From: an uncultured Verrucomicrobia subdivision 3 bacterium
Lineage (GTDB): Bacteria; Verrucomicrobiota; Verrucomicrobiia; Limisphaerales; UBA11358
Assembly (NCBI GenBank): GCA_903888765.1
Contig: CAISVF010000039.1
Coordinates: forward strand, 1 to 62,701
Reading direction: 5' to 3'
Length of the DNA stretch: 62,701 bases
A program made the position numbers and the translations under genes. Within the stretch, counting starts at the first letter, position 1; each line of letters starts with the position of its first letter. A model generated the notes under the pieces. It ran no database searches. It was not told where the DNA came from and saw only the letters and a program-made list of their open reading frames with translations. Positions 61,565-62,701 of this stretch are shown in pieces.

Positions 61565-61789
61565 CGGCTGGACAGAATAAGCGCACCGGGATACCAACCA
61601 AAACTCAGCCTGTTTAACGACGCCGACATTGATAATATTTATCGGGTAAAATGGGTCCGAACCGTTGGATATTTCTCCAGACCGCAAATTAATCTCAATA
61701 AATTCGCAATTTTTTGCTTGGCGAACGGTTTTCGACCAGTTCTAATGCGGTTACGGCAAACAACCGCCGCAATAAACACTCAAAACATT

Positions 61790-62080
61790 ATGGCAAAAGC
61801 ATTAACCAAATCACAAATCGCAGCAGAAATCGCTGAGAAGAATAGCATCACCAAAAAACAGGCCGTCGAAATCCTGGAACAAATCGCCGCGTTGGCCTAC
61901 AAGCACGCCAAAGATTCGTTCACCATTCCCGGCCTCGGCAAATTGGTGCTCGTCAATCGGAAAGCCCGCGTTGGCCGCAATCCGGCCACTGGCGAAACCA
62001 TTCAGATCAAGGCCAAGAAGGTCGTGAAGTTCCGCGTGGCCAAGGCCGCCAAAGACGCCATCCTTGGCGTCAAGAAGTAA
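61790..62080 (+). CDS. hup: HU/IHF-family nucleoid-associated DNA-binding protein
   Basis: MAKALTKSQIAAEIAEK...FTIPGLGKLVLVNRKARVGRNPATGETIQIKAKKVVKFRVAK. Confidence 0.9.
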   Translation: MAKALTKSQIAAEIAEKNSITKKQAVEILEQIAALAYKHAKDSFTIPGLGKLVLVNRKARVGRNPATGETIQIKAKKVVKFRVAKAAKDAILGVKK

Positions 62081-62099
62081 TCATACCGTTCAGTTTTCC

Positions 62100-62132
62100 A
62101 GGCACTCCGATTCGTCGGCGTGCCTTTTTTAT
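62100..62132 (+). terminator. Intrinsic terminator after the HU gene
   Basis: aggcac-tccga..tcggc-gtgcct stem followed by tttttatt. Confidence 0.65.
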
Positions 62133-62424
62133 TGGCTACGCTGTGCGAGACATGTCAAACCATTCAGAAACCGGACCAGCGAATCCTGCCCCTGAACCCG
62201 GGTGCCGCCGCCGCAAGAAGGCACCAACTACTGATTCTGCATAAATGTCGGGGGTTTTTCAGCAGGGTTTTGGCGGGGGGAATCATTCGCTGGCAGCCTG
62301 CCAGCAATAACTTCTATTGGGGATCAGGATTGCGAGTTTCGGAAAAGTTATCTTCGCTGTTGGACAGTAAGCCGAGCCGGGGCAAGGCGGCGGCTTGACC
62401 CGGTGCACGGCTTGGGCCGCTGGT

Positions 62425-62701
62425 TTAGCTGGCCGTCGGCACTCCGGCCGCGGCCGCGCGTGGCGCGAGTTCCCAAACCAGGCGGCGGAGCCACCGCTTG
62501 ATGTTGCAGGCCGCGCCAGCGAAGTAGTTTTGCAGCCGGACTTTGGCCAGTCCACGGTAACGAGCCCGCCGCAAGCCATGCGCACGCACCAATTCGCTCT
62601 GCGTCCCTTCGATGGCGTTGCGATGCTTCATGCGAGCTTTGAACTCGTCGGTCTTTTGCGCTTGCCGGCGTTGCTGTAAAACGGTGTGGTATTCGCCGAC
62701 C
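62425..62701 (-). mobile_element. 3' part of an IS5/IS1182-like DDE transposase gene (continues beyond the window edge)
   Basis: The minus-strand frame is open to the window end: ...VGEYHTVLQQRRQAQKTDEFKARMKHRNAIEGTQSELVRAHGLRRARYRGLAKVRLQNYFAGAACNIKRW... This matches the C-terminal R.A.E..F..LK...GLRR.RYRGL.KV pattern of this transposase group. Confidence 0.75.

Noticed and set aside
62120-62398. 92-aa ORF between the HU gene and the transposase gene.
   Set aside because: It has no family resemblance, and it lies where the IS element end is expected. It is probably non-coding.

Overview
High-GC bacterial chromosome segment. Its gene content points to the PVC superphylum, most likely Verrucomicrobiota: a DUF1559-type pseudopilin, many large secreted proteins that end in an FYRL-type tail, and no SusC/SusD genes.

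The first ~27 kb is mostly housekeeping. It holds the alaS 3' end, pckG, a P1B metal ATPase, guaD, kduI-kduD, ilvB, dnaB, bamA, skp, rpmI-rplT, pheS, an aldo/keto reductase, sodA, rplI and an MFS transporter. A low-GC Mrr restriction-enzyme gene and a pair of ~130-bp direct repeats are inserted near the left end.

From ~27 kb to 60.4 kb nearly every gene is on the minus strand and glycan-related. The genes are a sulfatase, a GH127-like enzyme, and then what reads as a beta-1,3-glucan (laminarin-type) utilisation locus:
- GH81, a GH17-like enzyme, a GPH symporter and a 1160-aa cytoplasmic GH94-like phosphorylase candidate
- a clan GH-A hydrolase fused to a CBM-like domain, plus a stand-alone copy of that domain
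- a pseudopilin
- two giant modular surface proteins (1084 and 1457 aa)
- a GH16 laminarinase
- a LuxR-type response regulator and a HisKA_3 histidine kinase

The window ends with a lipoprotein, HU and the 3' part of an IS5/IS1182-like transposase. I found no rRNA, tRNA or CRISPR array.

Most interesting observations:
1. A 27-28-nt double palindrome sits 71-77 nt upstream of the three consecutive genes for the giant proteins and GH16. One copy overlaps the response-regulator stop codon.
2. A kinase-less, membrane-anchored paralog of the kinase's ~410-aa sensor ectodomain is encoded inside the glucan operon.
3. An unassigned ~225-aa module occurs four times in three proteins.
4. A ~55-70-aa C-terminal W...LQ...W...F[YF]R[LIV] domain is shared by seven secreted proteins.
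5. A Val/Ile/Leu-rich leader peptide plus an intrinsic terminator lies upstream of ilvB.

All family assignments come from motif recognition by eye. No database searches were run.
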